Positions 19,628 to 28,714 of a stretch of DNA of 64,000 nt are shown here, piece by piece. Made by a program: the position numbers and the translations under genes. Under the pieces are notes generated by a model, which worked only from the letters and a program-made list of their open reading frames with translations, ran no database searches and was not told the DNA's origin. Origin of the DNA: an uncultured virus (IMG/VR IMGVR_UViG_3300028581_001913) (lineage: Duplodnaviria; Heunggongvirae; Uroviricota; Caudoviricetes); the IMG/VR virus record IMGVR_UViG_3300028581_001913. The stretch is one strand, 5' to 3'. The first letter of the stretch is position 1, and each line of letters opens with the position of its first letter.

Positions 19628-21546
19628 AAAGCCTACGCACACTATTAGAAGGCGGCAATGTGTTCAAAGATGCCGAAGGCCAACCACTCACAGGCCGCAT
19701 CAATCAAAGCGATGTGCCTGCCACTGTGGCCTGGCTTGAACAACTAACAGGTCTAGAATTTCCCCGTGATCGTTGGTTGGGATCAACAGGCAAAGCTGCC
19801 ACATCGGGCGACATGGATCTCGCTGTGGATGTTAATGAAATGACCAAGGATCAACTGGCACAAAAACTCATGCAGTGGATAGCCAGTCACAAACTGCCAC
19901 CTGCTGAATGGATCAAAAAGGGCGGCGAAGTTCACCTGCGCACACCCATACAAGGACGTCCTGAATTGGGCTATGTGCAAACAGATTTCATGTTCTTTCC
20001 CAATTTGGACTGGGGCACATTCTTTTATTCAGGTGGCGAGGATTCAGCCTACAAAGGTATGAACCGCAATGTGTTGATGTCAAGCATTGCTAAACAACTG
20101 GGACTCAAAGTGGGCGCCAATGGCATGTTCAGTCGCACCACTAACCAACTTGTAGATGGTGGCATGGATCCTGACTACGTGGCCAAGGCCTTGTTGGGCC
20201 CACGTGCCACTCGAGAAAATTTAAAGAATGTAGAAAGCATTTTTGCTGCATTAGCCCGAGACAAAGATAAAGAAGTCAAGGTCAAAGACTTTCGTGAATA
20301 CTTGACTCGTGAAGGTTTACAACAGCCCGATGCCGTGACAGAAGATGCCGACACCTACTTCTTGGCACGACTGCGTGATAGAATTGTGAACCAAGGCATG
20401 CAACCCCTGGTAGAACGTGAGGCAGGCAATCCATATCAAATTTACGAAGCCGATGAAGGCAACGTGGGTGGTAGAGCCAAGGGCATTGAGCACTTGGAAG
20501 ACCTGGTGTTCCGCAAAGGATCACGTGGTGCTGCTGAAGCACTTACTATTCTTGACCAAGCCGCTGCCAGCCCTGGAACCACGACCAGTGTAAAGTGGGA
20601 TGGCATACCTGCTGTGTACTTTGGACGCAAACCTGAAACAGGTGAGTTTGTGCTCACAGACGGCGCAGGCTTTGAAGCCAAAGGCTATGACGGCCTGGCA
20701 ACCTCACCTCAAATGATGGCACAGATACAGAACACACGCAAAGGTGAAAGATCTGCGCTTATTCAAACTTATGCCACATTGTGGCCCATGTTAGCAGCAG
20801 CGTTGCCCACTAACTTTCGTGGCTATGTACAAGGTGACTTGTTGTACATGAACACTCCACCGTTGGAAGCAGGCAACTATGTGTTCAAGCCCAATACTGT
20901 GCAGTACCGTATTCCTGCAAAGAGTGCATTGGGTCAACGCATAGGCAACAGTGAAATTGGCATTGCCATGCACACCATGTACTCAGACGCAGGCGAGCCC
21001 AAACAACCATTGCGGCGTGTGCGGTTCAATGATGTTCCGGGCTTGTTGTTGATTGAGCCCATATTTGGCAAACAAATTGAGCCCAATGCTGGCTTGACCA
21101 AACAAATCAAATCTTTGATTGCCAGCAAAGGTGCTGTCATTGACACCCTGTTTAATCCCGCAGAATTACGAGCCATGCAGATTACAGATCTAGCAAAGTT
21201 GTGTGTGGACTACATCAATTTCAGAATCAAGCAACCCGGCGGAAACTTTGATAACTTGTTGTCAGGATTTGGTGACTGGTTGCAAACCAAAGTAAGCCCA
21301 CGTAAATTTGCCAACATTGTAGAGTACTTGAAAAGCCCTACCAGCAATACAGAAGGCTTAGCAGCGGCATTTACCTTGTTCTTGTTGTTGCACGACTTGA
21401 AACTGGATGTGTTGCGTCAGCTGGATTTAAAGGATCCTGGACACGAAGGCTGGGTCATGGCCACTCCCGCAGGCTACAGCAAAGCGGTAAATAGATTTGA
21501 CTTCACCGCAAGAAATGCGGAGAAAAATAATCCGCAACCAGGATAA
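19624..21546 (+). CDS. Nucleotidyltransferase plus ligase-like two-domain protein
   Basis: LGSTG..SGDMD and VQTDF (pol-beta NTase-like). HLEDL, SVKWDG and VQGDLL (ligase-like). Confidence 0.6.
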   Translation: MKSLRTLLEGGNVFKDAEGQPLTGRINQSDVPATVAWLEQLTGLEFPRDRWLGSTGKAATSGDMDLAVDVNEMTKDQLAQKLMQWIASHKLPPAEWIKKGGEVHLRTPIQGRPELGYVQTDFMFFPNLDWGTFFYSGGEDSAYKGMNRNVLMSSIAKQLGLKVGANGMFSRTTNQLVDGGMDPDYVAKALLGPRATRENLKNVESIFAALARDKDKEVKVKDFREYLTREGLQQPDAVTEDADTYFLARLRDRIVNQGMQPLVEREAGNPYQIYEADEGNVGGRAKGIEHLEDLVFRKGSRGAAEALTILDQAAASPGTTTSVKWDGIPAVYFGRKPETGEFVLTDGAGFEAKGYDGLATSPQMMAQIQNTRKGERSALIQTYATLWPMLAAALPTNFRGYVQGDLLYMNTPPLEAGNYVFKPNTVQYRIPAKSALGQRIGNSEIGIAMHTMYSDAGEPKQPLRRVRFNDVPGLLLIEPIFGKQIEPNAGLTKQIKSLIASKGAVIDTLFNPAELRAMQITDLAKLCVDYINFRIKQPGGNFDNLLSGFGDWLQTKVSPRKFANIVEYLKSPTSNTEGLAAAFTLFLLLHDLKLDVLRQLDLKDPGHEGWVMATPAGYSKAVNRFDFTARNAEKNNPQPG

Positions 21547-21611
21547 TTTTTACCGTTTGTATAAATAAAAGCAGGTCCACCGAGACCACTTAACTTTAAA
21601 GGAAATTTATC

Positions 21612-22019
21612 ATGGCACAATTTACAAAAGTAAATGGAACAACACAACCAGTATTTGCACTAGACGTTGCAAACGGTAGTATCGCAGGAACAGCAAACGT
21701 TGCGGCCCAAGGCCCAGTGATGTTGTCTGGTCCACAACTGCAATTCTTCACACTCACAGCCAACGCTGCACTTACCAATGCTGGTAACGTCAACGGTTAC
21801 TTGAACAATGTGTTGCAAGCAGTTCAACAAACTGGCACAGTTGCTTTTTATCAAGCAGGTGCCGCAGCTGGTACAATCAACTTGGCTATCTACCCAGCTG
21901 GTGCGTATACCACAGCTACCCTGGTTACCGCTGCTCAAACAGCCAACGCCACAGGTGGTTTGAACATTGGTATCCCAACTGCCAACGTTGCTGCTAGTGC
22001 AACATTCACTAACCTGTAA
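21612..22019 (+). CDS. Probable virion structural protein
   Basis: Ala/Thr/Asn-rich. TATAAATA at about 21560 and AAGGA SD. Confidence 0.55.
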   Translation: MAQFTKVNGTTQPVFALDVANGSIAGTANVAAQGPVMLSGPQLQFFTLTANAALTNAGNVNGYLNNVLQAVQQTGTVAFYQAGAAAGTINLAIYPAGAYTTATLVTAAQTANATGGLNIGIPTANVAASATFTNL

Positions 22020-22036
22020 TCAGTTAGGTTTCAACC

Positions 22037-22070
22037 AAACCCTGGACGTAAAAAATCCGGGGTTTCCTTT
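22037..22070 (+). terminator. Intrinsic terminator
   Basis: AAACCCTGGA...TCCGGGGTTT hairpin with a T-rich tail. Confidence 0.65.
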
Positions 22071-22090
22071 TGGCCGTAAATATGCACACT

Positions 22091-22534
22091 ATGAAAGTCT
22101 TGTGCCGCACCTTTTTTGATTGTACCCACACAGGTGTCACAGGACATCTCCGCCCACAACAGTTGCCGTTTACCACAAAAACAGGCCTGGTGATTCACAC
22201 GCCTGAACAATGGAACCGCGGCCGTAATCAGCAACGCAACTGGGAGAGTTTGTTGCAAATAATAAGCCTGCGAACACAGCCAATGAATGTTGTACCGCCT
22301 ACAAAACACACCGACGGTTGGCATTTTGAGTTTGAAGTAGAAGCAGAGGGAGTGCTCAGCAGTGACATCAGCAGTGACGAGTTGGCAGGACTGGTCGGCG
22401 ACTGCGAAGGTGTGCCCATGGTCACAGGATTGGATGAATCTGGAGTGATCACTGCCACCCTGCATGCACAAGGTTCTGACCAAAACATTTGGTTCTCAAC
22501 CATAAATACGCCATTGGAGCCTGACCATGGTTGA
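22091..22534 (+). CDS. Late hypothetical protein
   Basis: After TAAATA 22077. Motif RNQQRNWE. Confidence 0.65.
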   Translation: MKVLCRTFFDCTHTGVTGHLRPQQLPFTTKTGLVIHTPEQWNRGRNQQRNWESLLQIISLRTQPMNVVPPTKHTDGWHFEFEVEAEGVLSSDISSDELAGLVGDCEGVPMVTGLDESGVITATLHAQGSDQNIWFSTINTPLEPDHG

Positions 22535-22793
22535 TACCACCGATATTGAAAAGAAAAGTCTTGAAGCTCACGTTGAACTGTGTGCAGAGCGTTATCGCAT
22601 GCTGGAACTCAAGATAGAAACAGTAGAAAATGAAATCTCAGAAGTCAAACACATGGTCACAGAAGTGCATGGCATTGTGCACCGCATGGGCGAAAAACGA
22701 AACGACCAACTGATTGCCTGGGGCATAGGTATCATAGGCACACTGTTGGCTGTGGTAGGATGGCTCACTGCCCACTACATCCGAACACTATGA
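22527..22793 (+). CDS. Coiled-coil protein with C-terminal TM helix
   Basis: SLEAHVELCAERY coiled coil and a hydrophobic C-terminus. Confidence 0.6.
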   Translation: MVDTTDIEKKSLEAHVELCAERYRMLELKIETVENEISEVKHMVTEVHGIVHRMGEKRNDQLIAWGIGIIGTLLAVVGWLTAHYIRTL

Positions 22794-23242
22794 CCCGTGA
22801 CCAAAAATTAGAACGCTTTGCCCAGCGTGAGTTCAAACGTGTGTATACTGAACTGATTATAGATGATGAACATGGTGGATATGTGGCATTTGGGCGCTAT
22901 CATCTACGACCATACTCAGCAGGTTTTGCTGTGTATCACAGCGATGATATTGTGAGCACATTCAGCAGCAAACGAACTGCCATGTCATGGTGTGTGGCAG
23001 ATCACCTGCAACAATACAGACTGGCACAAAACATCCGCATACTGGACAACAAAAAACAAACATTAACTGCTGATATCAATTGTCGACACGGGCAAGCAGA
23101 ACGCAGCACCCGCCCTGAATTCCGTGAAATGGTGCGCACCAAACTTGCACCCAAAATTGAGAACCTTACCCTGCTGAATCAAGAACTTGAAAAATGTCTA
23201 AATTCGGCTAAATATCTACAACTAAGAGGATTTGCCAAATGA
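22790..23242 (+). CDS. Hypothetical protein
   Basis: ATGA overlaps with both neighbouring genes. Confidence 0.6.
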   Translation: MTRDQKLERFAQREFKRVYTELIIDDEHGGYVAFGRYHLRPYSAGFAVYHSDDIVSTFSSKRTAMSWCVADHLQQYRLAQNIRILDNKKQTLTADINCRHGQAERSTRPEFREMVRTKLAPKIENLTLLNQELEKCLNSAKYLQLRGFAK

Positions 23243-24132
23243 AATTGACCGAACTGGCCACACCAAAAAAGAGCCGCCAAGTAGCCCAGGTATTTGAAAG
23301 CTACTTTGGTACCAAGATGCCTGTGAACCGACTCACCGTGCGCGAAGCACAAGCCATGCTCAAACGTGTGCGTGGAGTGATTGCTGAACATCAGCGTAGC
23401 ACAACACGTCATACCAGTGAGCGCAATCCTGCTTATCTTAAACTTGTGATGATGGAACAGGCCTTGGCACATCGTGTGAGCGAAGACATGGCTCCGACTA
23501 CTGCGCCAGGTACACAACAAAACACAACACAAAACGCAGCCGCAACCATTGCCACAACAAAAGATCCTGCACTCAAGGCAGCATTGACCAAGGCATCAAA
23601 AGGTCAGTCATTGAGTCCTGATGAGCAAAAACTTGTGGCTGGCGCTGCATTGATGAAAACAGAAAATCATCTGCGCAATGCATTCCGTACACTGAAAGAA
23701 TCAGAAGTGCAACAAGCCCAAGTTGTGTTGGCTGCACAAGACATGGTTGACAAAATGCAAAGCATGTTGGAAGACACCACAGAGATGCAATTCAAAGAAC
23801 TGCCTGCTCTAGTAGATTCAATCCGCAATCAAATTGGCATTGAACAGGCTACACAATTCAACACTGATGCCACCGCAGCACTGCAAGGTCTTGTGCAAAA
23901 CCTACAAGGTGCTAAAGTGCAATTGGAAACAGCACTGGGTGTTGTAACAGGACAACCTGCTGCACTAGATACCAGCATGGCTGCCAGTGGTATGCCTGGC
24001 GCAGTCCCAGGAACTGGTGCTGAAATGGATGCTGACCCGGTCGCTGGTGCTGAAATGATTGCCGACCCGCTCGCTGATCTCGAAACTGGTGCTGAGCCTC
24101 CCAAGGCATCTCTAGGACGAGCACGTAGATAA
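23239..24132 (+). CDS. Probable prohead core / scaffold-like protein
   Basis: MKLTE and TLKE-type motifs, helical, with an acidic low-complexity C-terminus. Confidence 0.45.
   Translation: MKLTELATPKKSRQVAQVFESYFGTKMPVNRLTVREAQAMLKRVRGVIAEHQRSTTRHTSERNPAYLKLVMMEQALAHRVSEDMAPTTAPGTQQNTTQNAAATIATTKDPALKAALTKASKGQSLSPDEQKLVAGAALMKTENHLRNAFRTLKESEVQQAQVVLAAQDMVDKMQSMLEDTTEMQFKELPALVDSIRNQIGIEQATQFNTDATAALQGLVQNLQGAKVQLETALGVVTGQPAALDTSMAASGMPGAVPGTGAEMDADPVAGAEMIADPLADLETGAEPPKASLGRARR
24014..24076 (+). repeat. 30-bp in-frame tandem duplication (GAEMxADPxA x2)
   Basis: CTGGTGCTGAAATG at 24014 and 24044. Confidence 0.85.
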
Positions 24133-24488
24133 TGAGAATCGACGAAGTCGACACTGACCGTTCACCAGACCCAGAAAAATTATTGGGGCTGGTGAATTTT
24201 CTTTCGGGCCGGGCCGACGACGAAAATGCACAAAAACAAATCAGCACAGACGCATTTATTTCTGCTGCTCGTAGTTTGGGTTTTCCGGTCAATAAAAAAA
24301 ATATTGTGAGTGTGGTTAGCCAAGCGCCGCTGGACAGTGTGTTGGAACCAATGGACCCTGCAAATCCCACAGTAATCCGATACAAAGGTACAGCTTCTGA
24401 CGGGCCCACCCAAATGCCTGTAAACAAGGCACAAGACATTGTGGCTGCCTCGGCCAAATCCGCCATGCAACGCGGAATGAACAAATAA
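24132..24488 (+). CDS. Hypothetical (probable head) protein
   Basis: Starts MRIDE. Operon context. Confidence 0.6.
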   Translation: MRIDEVDTDRSPDPEKLLGLVNFLSGRADDENAQKQISTDAFISAARSLGFPVNKKNIVSVVSQAPLDSVLEPMDPANPTVIRYKGTASDGPTQMPVNKAQDIVAASAKSAMQRGMNK

Positions 24489-24497
24489 CCATTCCTG

Positions 24498-24526
24498 TTG
24501 ACAACAATCAGTAAATACGCTATAAT
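24498..24526 (+). promoter_or_regulatory. sigma70 consensus promoter
   Basis: TTGACA-17-TATAAT. Confidence 0.85.
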
Positions 24527-24543
24527 CAGCGAAGGAATATCAC

Positions 24544-24867
24544 ATGGCCTCTACAGAAATAATTATTGATCAAATAGTAAAACAGCATCGTGTGGTGTTG
24601 TTTATGAAAGGAACTGCACAATTTCCCATGTGTGGATTTTCGGGCAAGGCTGTACAACTGCTGAATGAATGCAAATCTGACTTTGATGTATTCACGGTAA
24701 ATGTACTTGATGACAATGAAATTCGACAAGGCATCAAAGAATACAGTGATTGGCCAACCATTCCTCAGTTGTATGTTGATGGTGAGTTTGTGGGTGGATC
24801 AGACATCTTGATTGAAATGCACAAATCGGGTGAATTGCAACAGCTTTTGAAAACTAAGGAGGTATAA
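24544..24867 (+). CDS. grxD: Monothiol glutaredoxin Grx4
   Basis: LFMKG, CGFS and [16 protein letters not shown]. Confidence 0.93.
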   Translation: MASTEIIIDQIVKQHRVVLFMKGTAQFPMCGFSGKAVQLLNECKSDFDVFTVNVLDDNEIRQGIKEYSDWPTIPQLYVDGEFVGGSDILIEMHKSGELQQLLKTKEV

Positions 24868-24870
24868 TTT

Positions 24871-25272
24871 ATGGCCTATTCAGAAAAAGTAATCGATCAC
24901 TATGAAAATCCACGCAACGTGGGCAAGTTTGACATAGATGACACTGTTGGTACTGGCATGGTGGGAGCACCGGCATGTGGTGACGTGATGAAATTGCAAA
25001 TCAAAGTCGAAGATGGAATTATAACAGATGCCAGGTTCAAAACATACGGATGCGGAAGTGCCATTGCCTCATCCTCTCTTGTTACCGAGTGGGTTAAAGG
25101 ACGAACGCTTGACCAAGCGGCAGCTCTTAAAAATTCAGAGATTGCTCAGGAACTCGCACTGCCACCAGTCAAGATTCATTGTTCTATTCTTGCTGAAGAT
25201 GCTATACGAGCAGCCGTAGAAGATTATCGAAAGAAGCACAGTAAATATGCTGACACACTCTCGGCAACATGA
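24871..25272 (+). CDS. iscU: Fe-S scaffold IscU
   Basis: HYENPRNVG, APACGD, GCGSAIAS and LPPVKIHCS. Confidence 0.95.
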   Translation: MAYSEKVIDHYENPRNVGKFDIDDTVGTGMVGAPACGDVMKLQIKVEDGIITDARFKTYGCGSAIASSSLVTEWVKGRTLDQAAALKNSEIAQELALPPVKIHCSILAEDAIRAAVEDYRKKHSKYADTLSAT

Positions 25273-26992
25273 TGTTGTTGAACAAGAAACAGTTGTTGCT
25301 GCATCGAAATACAAATTAAAAATACTATTTTATCATGCCGGTGGCCATGCTGGTTGGATATACCCAGCGGCGTTGCAATTCAAAACATATATTGATTTAT
25401 TCTATCCCAATGCTGCTGAACATTTAGAATGGTTGATTCCCATACAAGAAGAAGTCACAGACGAAAAACTAATTCAACATATTACTGAAAACAATGTTGA
25501 TATATTGTGCACCAGTCATTATCTTTGGAATCATGTGTTTTTGACCAGGCAAATTGCAGCAATCAAATCGCAACTGAAATCTACATTGAAAATAATTGCT
25601 GGTGGTCCCAGCATTGACGTCAACAGCAACCAAGATTTTTTTGAACAATATCCTGGCATTGATTATGCAGTATATGGTGCTGGAGAGCAAGCATTTGCAG
25701 ATATAGTCGATCATTTGGTTACTGACAAACCGTTAATTGCATTTAACATGTCAAACTGTGCCTGGAAAAATACCAAGACAGGTAAGTCAATTGTTGCCGA
25801 TTATAAATTTGTAAAAATGATTGAGACCAGTCCTTTTGCACTCAATGCGGAATTGTTTGCACTCATGGTCGCGGATGCAAAGGAAAAAGGAACAATCTGG
25901 TTGCCATATACTCTTACTAGAGGTTGTCCGTACTCATGCACATTTTGTGATTGGAATAGTGGACTTGGCAATAAGGTATCAAGAAGGAAAAATACTTACC
26001 AACAAGAAATTGATCTGTTTCAGCGGCTAGGAGTCAAAAACATTTATCTGTCAGATGCCAACGTGGGACAGTATGATGAGGATGTCAAAATGATTGAATA
26101 CTTTGCGCAAAAAAATCTTCAAGAAAATGCTGGATTTCATATAGGCGGTAATTTTAGCAAACTCAAAAAAGAAAACAATTTAAAAATTTTCCATGTCATG
26201 GCCGACAGTAAATTGATCAATAAAACGTTTAATTTTTCAATCCAGGACACCAATGTACAAGTGTTACACAATATAAATCGTCCAGATGTGGGATGGGATG
26301 TACATGTGTCTATGGCCAATGAGTTGAGGGCTCGCCACAAAGATCTTGTGGTAAAGGCGCAATTAATTTATGGGCTACCAGGACAAACAGTAGCATCCTG
26401 GCGACAGACATTGCAACAGGTTGCGCAAGAAAATATACTGCCTATTGTGTTTGTCAATGAGCCGCTGCCTGCAAGTCCAGCCATGTTAGACACGGAATAT
26501 CAACGAAAATTTCAATTTGAATATGTTTTATGCCAGAGACTTATAAATCTTAGACATATGTATTTCAGTCGAGTTCCAAAAAAGAGCATTAGTTTTGATC
26601 AATCAGATATTGTGCATATGAATTTGCAAAGTGCATTTTTTGCTGCATTAACAGTAATAAATCTTGTGTGTATTGAAAATGCCGTGGACCCAATACCGAT
26701 ATCTTTGCCTGTGATAGAAAATTTTCTACATAGCAAAAATTATCAAAATCTTTATCAAAATCTCTTAGATAATTGGACCAAGCACAACAATTTTTTTTAT
26801 ACCACAGCCTTTAACGGAGAATTCCAAGAAACGTCAGACAACGGTTTGGTAAATAAATTTGTAGATTCTACAGCATTTGTCAATCACGTTATAGAACTAT
26901 TGCCTGTACAACAAAAAAAACAAATTGTAAAACTTGTTTTTGCATCCAAGTTCAAAGATTTTTTAATTCAATGGGGCCAAGACAGCGATTAA
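25247..26992 (+). CDS. B12-binding-like radical SAM protein (AT-rich insert)
   Basis: IIAGGP, GAGEQAF, RGCPYSCTFC and IYGLPGQT. Confidence 0.8.
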   Translation: MLTHSRQHDVVEQETVVAASKYKLKILFYHAGGHAGWIYPAALQFKTYIDLFYPNAAEHLEWLIPIQEEVTDEKLIQHITENNVDILCTSHYLWNHVFLTRQIAAIKSQLKSTLKIIAGGPSIDVNSNQDFFEQYPGIDYAVYGAGEQAFADIVDHLVTDKPLIAFNMSNCAWKNTKTGKSIVADYKFVKMIETSPFALNAELFALMVADAKEKGTIWLPYTLTRGCPYSCTFCDWNSGLGNKVSRRKNTYQQEIDLFQRLGVKNIYLSDANVGQYDEDVKMIEYFAQKNLQENAGFHIGGNFSKLKKENNLKIFHVMADSKLINKTFNFSIQDTNVQVLHNINRPDVGWDVHVSMANELRARHKDLVVKAQLIYGLPGQTVASWRQTLQQVAQENILPIVFVNEPLPASPAMLDTEYQRKFQFEYVLCQRLINLRHMYFSRVPKKSISFDQSDIVHMNLQSAFFAALTVINLVCIENAVDPIPISLPVIENFLHSKNYQNLYQNLLDNWTKHNNFFYTTAFNGEFQETSDNGLVNKFVDSTAFVNHVIELLPVQQKKQIVKLVFASKFKDFLIQWGQDSD

Positions 26993-27000
26993 ATACTAAA

Positions 27001-27324
27001 ATGATAACCATAACAAACCAAGCACAATCTAAAATACAAAAATTAGTTGCAACCAAAGGCTATGCTGGCATCAGACTGGGTGTGAAAACCACAGGTTGCT
27101 CTGGGCTTGCTTATGTGTTAGAATACGTTAAACAATATGATCCTGATGCTGCCACTATAAATTATGCTCATGACAATTTCTGTGTGTTGGTTGACAAAAA
27201 ACACGATGTGTATTTGAAGGGCACACAGGTAGACTATGTGCGTCAAGGCCTCAACGAAGGTTTTGAATTTCTCAATCCCAATGAACGTGACCGTTGCGGC
27301 TGCGGTAGCAGTTTTCGTATTTGA
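27001..27324 (+). CDS. iscA: Fe-S A-type carrier IscA
   Basis: GCSGLAY and NPN..CGCGSSF. Confidence 0.92.
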   Translation: MITITNQAQSKIQKLVATKGYAGIRLGVKTTGCSGLAYVLEYVKQYDPDAATINYAHDNFCVLVDKKHDVYLKGTQVDYVRQGLNEGFEFLNPNERDRCGCGSSFRI

Positions 27325-27389
27325 AACCCAAACGAAAATATTTTATAAATATTTTTCTTCGTCGGGATAAATAACCCAAAGGAGAAATT

Positions 27390-27998
27390 ATGTTTTTACA
27401 CGAATCAACAGAAACTAATGTTTATAAGAAAAAAAGTAAATTTGGCAAACTTACGGAATATACTAGAACTAAAACATTAACTCATTGGAAATGCGATCAC
27501 TGTGGGACTGAATTCTCAAAAGGTCGTAACGGAACCTACAGCACAGATGTTAAATGTTATTGTAAATCTTGTATAAGCAAATTTGGTGTAAACAAATTAG
27601 CAGGTGGTGCTGGGTACGAATCTAAAATCAAAAATAAGTTAGAACCTAATGTTGGCAAAATTGTATTAGGTAAAGAAGGATATCCAGAAATTCTCATAGG
27701 AAAAAATTATCCTTATCGAAAAGGCGGATATAGGTGCATACGACAACATCAATATGTAATGGAGTTATATCTTAAAAGAGGATTAAAAAAAGGTGAAATA
27801 GTACATCACATCGATGGTGATAAAACAAATAACCAACTAGAAAATTTATTTCTAACAACAATTAACGAACATAATAAATTACATGCAGAAAGCAAAAGTA
27901 TTATTTTTGAATTATACAAACGAGGAATTGTAAAGTTTAATAAAGAAATTGGACGTTACGAACTACAGAAAGAAAACATTGTTAAATCCCAGATTTGA
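27390..27998 (+). CDS. HNH homing endonuclease
   Basis: Two CxxC motifs and VHHIDGDKTNNQLENL..H..LH. Confidence 0.85.
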   Translation: MFLHESTETNVYKKKSKFGKLTEYTRTKTLTHWKCDHCGTEFSKGRNGTYSTDVKCYCKSCISKFGVNKLAGGAGYESKIKNKLEPNVGKIVLGKEGYPEILIGKNYPYRKGGYRCIRQHQYVMELYLKRGLKKGEIVHHIDGDKTNNQLENLFLTTINEHNKLHAESKSIIFELYKRGIVKFNKEIGRYELQKENIVKSQI

Positions 27999-28695
27999 TT
28001 ATCAACCAGTTCCTCGTGTGACCATAGAAGGCAAGAGGTATTATTCCACACCCGACGGCAACAAATTGCCCAGTGTCACTACCATACTTGACAAAACCAA
28101 AAGCGAAGAAAGCAAACGGGCCTTGCAAAACTGGCGAGCCAGGGTTGGCACAGAAGCAGCACAAGCCATCACAACAGAAGCAGCCAACCGTGGCACCCGC
28201 ATGCACACTTATCTTGAGCAGTATGTGCGAGATGGGGCGATCAAAGACCGTGGCACCAATCCATTCTCCTGGGCCAGTCATGCCATGGCACACACTGTGG
28301 TAGAACATGGCCTGAAGAACGTGAGTGAATTCTGGGGCATTGAAGTTCCGTTGTATTTCCCCCGGGTTTATGCGGGCACAACAGACGGCGCAGGTATACA
28401 CTTGAATGAACAAGCCATCCTGGACTACAAGCAGACCAACCGACCCAAACGGCGTGAATGGATTTACGACTACTTTGTGCAGTTGTGTGCCTATGCAGAA
28501 GCACACAACGAACTCTACGGTACAAAGATCCGAAAAGGTGTAGTTTTGATGTGTGTCAAACCCCAGCTAGACGAGCAAATGAACATGCTCACACAGCCAG
28601 AATATCAGGAGTTTGTGCTGGAGGGGCAGGAATTTGAACACTACCGTACACTTTGGTGGAAAAAGGTCGAACAGTATTACTTGCTAAATATGTGA
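27979..28695 (+). CDS. PD-(D/E)xK exonuclease
   Basis: PSVTTIL, RGTRMH, AGTTD, ILDYK and QLCAY. TTG start inferred. Confidence 0.8.
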   Translation: MLNPRFDYQPVPRVTIEGKRYYSTPDGNKLPSVTTILDKTKSEESKRALQNWRARVGTEAAQAITTEAANRGTRMHTYLEQYVRDGAIKDRGTNPFSWASHAMAHTVVEHGLKNVSEFWGIEVPLYFPRVYAGTTDGAGIHLNEQAILDYKQTNRPKRREWIYDYFVQLCAYAEAHNELYGTKIRKGVVLMCVKPQLDEQMNMLTQPEYQEFVLEGQEFEHYRTLWWKKVEQYYLLNM

Positions 28696-28714
28696 TATCC
28701 TAAGGAATCACACA

